Shown here one piece after another: positions 50,653-53,311 of a DNA stretch of 53,311 bases. The notes under the pieces are model-generated. The model did no database searches. It worked only from the letters and a program-made list of their open reading frames with translations, and had not been told where the DNA came from. A program made the translations under genes and the position numbers. Numbering within the stretch: the first letter of the stretch is position 1; every line of letters starts with the position of its first letter. Source of the stretch: an uncultured Victivallales bacterium (GTDB lineage: Bacteria > Verrucomicrobiota > Kiritimatiellia > UBA8416); assembly GCA_964583785.1 (NCBI GenBank), contig CAZOXS010000227.1:1-53311 (forward strand), in the 5' to 3' direction.

Positions 50653-51819
50653 CTAGAACGAGCTGCTCATATCCGCCACAACGGTCTTGGCGGCCGGAGC
50701 CTTCTTCTTGAAGGTCGAATTCTTGATCAGCGCTTTGAGGTTCTTCTCGTAGGCAGCGGCACTGAGCGGCAGCTCGACCGTCTTGCCCTGCTGGCCGGAA
50801 AGGATCATCGCGTTGGCCAGCTCGACCGAATGGATCCCCTCGACCGCCGGGGAGATCAGTTCGGCTTCGCCCTTGATCGCCGCCACAAAGTTCTTGAAGA
50901 TGCCCAGATGCTGCTCGCCGCCGCCCTTGAATGTGATCGTTTCCGTGTAGCGTTCGGGAGTCGCGAATGGTTTCTCCGTGGTCTTGCAGAATTCCGAAGC
51001 AGGAACCATGTTGCGAATAATATTGATCGAGTCACCCTCGACCACAATCCGTCCATTCTCAGCCGCGATCTCCAGCCGGTTGGTTCCCGGCGCCTCACCG
51101 GTGGTGGTGATGAATACGCCGTTGGTACCATTTGCGTATTCCATGTAGGCGGTCACGTCGTCCTCCACCTCGATGTCGTGGAAGCGGCCGCGCTGGCAGA
51201 ACGCACGCATGCTGGCCGGCATCCCGAAGAGCCACTGCCAGAGATCGAGCTGGTGCGGGCACTGGTTGAGCAGCACGCCGCCGCCCTCGCCTTCCCACGT
51301 CGCCCGCCAGTCGCCATGATCATAGTAGGTCTGGCTGCGGAACCAATTGGTGATAATCCAGTTGATGCGGTTGATCCGACCGAAGTCACCGCTGTCGATG
51401 TGCTGCTTCAGCCAGCGATAGCGTGGATCGGTCCGCTGGTTGAACATGGCGGCGAAAACCTGGTTTTTCTTGCGCTTGGTATCGATCAACCGCTGCGCAT
51501 CGGCCTTGTGTACGGAAATCGGTTTTTCCACCAGCACGTGCAGCCCCGCCTTGAGCGCGGCAATACCGATCGTCGTGTGGTCGTAGTGCGGCGTCGCGAC
51601 CACCACGGCATCGAGCTTGGCCTCGCGCAGCATCGTATCGGAATTCGTGTAATGGGGGACGTCGGGGAATTTTTCGAAGCGCTCCGGGTTGATATCGCAG
51701 ACCGCGGCCAGCGTGGCGCCGGGGACCTTGTTCTCCAGAAACAATTTCGAGTGACCCGACCCCATGTTTCCAATACCCACAATGCCGATTCTCACATTGG
51801 ATTTCGTTGTGCGTGCCAT
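50653..51819 (-). CDS. Gfo/Idh/MocA-family NAD(P)-dependent oxidoreductase
   Basis: Contains VRIGIVGIGNMGSGH (GxGxxG) and LVEKPIS (EKP). The ATG at 51819 is preceded by AAGGAA. Confidence 0.88.
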   Translation of the reverse strand: MARTTKSNVRIGIVGIGNMGSGHSKLFLENKVPGATLAAVCDINPERFEKFPDVPHYTNSDTMLREAKLDAVVVATPHYDHTTIGIAALKAGLHVLVEKPISVHKADAQRLIDTKRKKNQVFAAMFNQRTDPRYRWLKQHIDSGDFGRINRINWIITNWFRSQTYYDHGDWRATWEGEGGGVLLNQCPHQLDLWQWLFGMPASMRAFCQRGRFHDIEVEDDVTAYMEYANGTNGVFITTTGEAPGTNRLEIAAENGRIVVEGDSINIIRNMVPASEFCKTTEKPFATPERYTETITFKGGGEQHLGIFKNFVAAIKGEAELISPAVEGIHSVELANAMILSGQQGKTVELPLSAAAYEKNLKALIKNSTFKKKAPAAKTVVADMSSSF

Positions 51820-51925
51820 GCCATTTTCCTTTTGATGTTGTGCAACATTAACTGATTTATCAAAGGCTGTCATAAAACGCCTGCGGATTACAAATCAAAA
51901 ATCGCTTTTCTGTCGCGAAAACGGC

Positions 51926-53137
51926 TCAATACCGCCCGTAGCGCTGGATGGCGGCCATCAGCAGGCGCATGCCGCTTAGCCGGCTGCCATTGTTGATCGA
52001 GCCGGCGGTGCTGAAGTTCAACCCCCGCGCCTCCCGGGCTTGATCAAAGTCGCGCAGGAACTCGGCCACCATATTGGCCTCCTCGTTACGGCTGTACGTA
52101 AAGGGCGCAAGCTGGCCGTCGATCACGGCATTCGGACAATACTGACGGATTTCCGCCACAGTCAGCGTCGGCCCGAAGTTGGTGCCCCTTAAATCGACTT
52201 CAGCCAGTAGCGGCAACAGATGCGCCATGTCTGAATCGCTGTGCTGATAGCGGCGGTTTTCCGGATCTGGTGCATAGGCACCGAAGACAGCCCGATGAAT
52301 CGGCATCGCGAAGGCCGCATACATGTCCGGCGTGAACAGGCAGCAATTGTCATCGTTCCATTGCCATCCCCTCGGCAGCGCATCCGGAGCCAAGCCTGAT
52401 TCCTCGTCCAGCACCCGCGCACGCCCCAGAATCGCGCGTCCCAGCACATCACTGAACCGGGCGAACAAGTCGGGATCGTCGTACGCCAGGAACAGCAGAT
52501 TCTCAGGACCGAAGATCGAGCAGGCGAAGGTGCATGGGCCGCGCTGTCCCCGGTACAGGGGAACCTTCTTGCCGAGTGCCGTCAGGCGGGCTTTCTCCGA
52601 CACCCAGTTCTCCGGCAGCATGAACTCGCGCAGGTTCTCCAGACGGGCCTCCACGCGATCGAGCAGGGCGGCGAGTTCCTCCGTGGTGCTGGCGGATTGC
52701 TTGAGCCACCAGCTCCCGTTCTGGTCGCCCTCCCAGACATTCCTCGCCTCGAAGATGTCGTGCAACGCCTTGATCGGCGGCCATTGCATGCCGGGATCGG
52801 CGGGTGGATTCTCCGACAACAACCGCTTGCCGACAATGGTCTCGGCCTTGTCGTTGTACTGGCGACTGATGTCCAAGGCCCAGGCCTTGTCATGGTCGAA
52901 GCGCCACCAGTCCTGCTCGATCCCCAGCTCGGCAAAGACGCATTCCCAGTTGCAGATCGCCCCCAGCGGCACCTGCGGAATGTCGGCACCGAACGGATCG
53001 GCCTTCGCCAGGGCCTGATCACGCCAGAACGCCTCGATATCCAACGGTGCCAGCCCGCCATTGGCCACTGCGTCCGCCAGTAGTTGATCCACCTTGCGCC
53101 GGCTCTCCGCCGTCAAATGATCGTACGCGCCTGCCAT
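51926..53137 (-). CDS. Hypothetical protein, possibly URO-D/MtaA-like TIM-barrel family
   Basis: 403-aa ORF with good SD (AAGGTGG). The family assignment is from overall resemblance only, with no diagnostic motif verified. Confidence 0.5.
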   Translation of the reverse strand: MAGAYDHLTAESRRKVDQLLADAVANGGLAPLDIEAFWRDQALAKADPFGADIPQVPLGAICNWECVFAELGIEQDWWRFDHDKAWALDISRQYNDKAETIVGKRLLSENPPADPGMQWPPIKALHDIFEARNVWEGDQNGSWWLKQSASTTEELAALLDRVEARLENLREFMLPENWVSEKARLTALGKKVPLYRGQRGPCTFACSIFGPENLLFLAYDDPDLFARFSDVLGRAILGRARVLDEESGLAPDALPRGWQWNDDNCCLFTPDMYAAFAMPIHRAVFGAYAPDPENRRYQHSDSDMAHLLPLLAEVDLRGTNFGPTLTVAEIRQYCPNAVIDGQLAPFTYSRNEEANMVAEFLRDFDQAREARGLNFSTAGSINNGSRLSGMRLLMAAIQRYGRY

Positions 53138-53250
53138 TCCCGTGCCACCTTTCTGAAATGCCTCGAAGAGATTAGCTCCTTAATCGCAAATTGTTTGAGT
53201 AAATGAGTCGATAATATAGCATGGCGTATCGCCAATTCCAAGCGTTGTAA

Positions 53251-53280
53251 GTGTTCAGTGTTCAGGGGTTCAGAGTTCAG
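53251..53280. repeat. Four direct GTTCAG repeats at 7-8-nt spacing
   Basis: GTGTTCAG TGTTCAG GGGTTCAG AGTTCAG. Located about 115 nt upstream of the 51926-53137 gene start. Confidence 0.8.
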
Positions 53281-53311
53281 GCAATATTTTGGGAACCAAC
53301 GACCATTTCGG

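Overview
High-GC (about 60%) bacterial chromosome segment. The gene content and protein sequences suggest a PVC-group or similar organism, but that is inference only. From about 1.6 to 31.2 kb the minus strand carries one nearly uninterrupted translation/transcription super-cluster: tRNA-Thr, tuf, rpmG, tRNA-Trp, secE, nusG, rplKAJL, rpoBC, rpsL, rpsG, fusA, then the S10/spc/alpha ribosomal-protein operons, ending in rplQ with a clean intrinsic terminator. rpsD, infA, adk and rpmD are absent from the cluster. Several core genes use TTG or GTG start codons behind strong Shine-Dalgarno (SD) sites. The left edge (1-1.5 kb) is a mobile-DNA scar: a truncated DDE-transposase tail abuts an HUH/Y1 (RayT-like) transposase gene bracketed by an 11-bp inverted repeat. 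The right 20 kb mixes housekeeping genes (icd, argC, purF) with accessory genes. These are an LRR lipoprotein, an OMP translationally coupled to an RCK-less YidE/YbjL-type transporter, a GH28-like beta-helix protein, a PAS-PP2C phosphatase, a secreted lamin-tail-domain protein, two bactofilins (one with a zinc ribbon), and two Gfo/Idh/MocA oxidoreductases with a URO-D-like protein. The most interesting locus is a tightly coupled three-gene minus-strand operon at 42993-47813. It encodes an HhH-containing radical-SAM 'DNA modification/repair' protein, a DUF4130-like partner without the usual UDG domain, and a 932-aa primase(AEP)-like/SF2-helicase/DUF559-nuclease fusion. A second notable signal is two copies of a 127-nt REPIN-like element (inverted GTAG-palindrome REPs), one of which supplies the purF stop codon. 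No rRNA genes or CRISPR arrays were seen.
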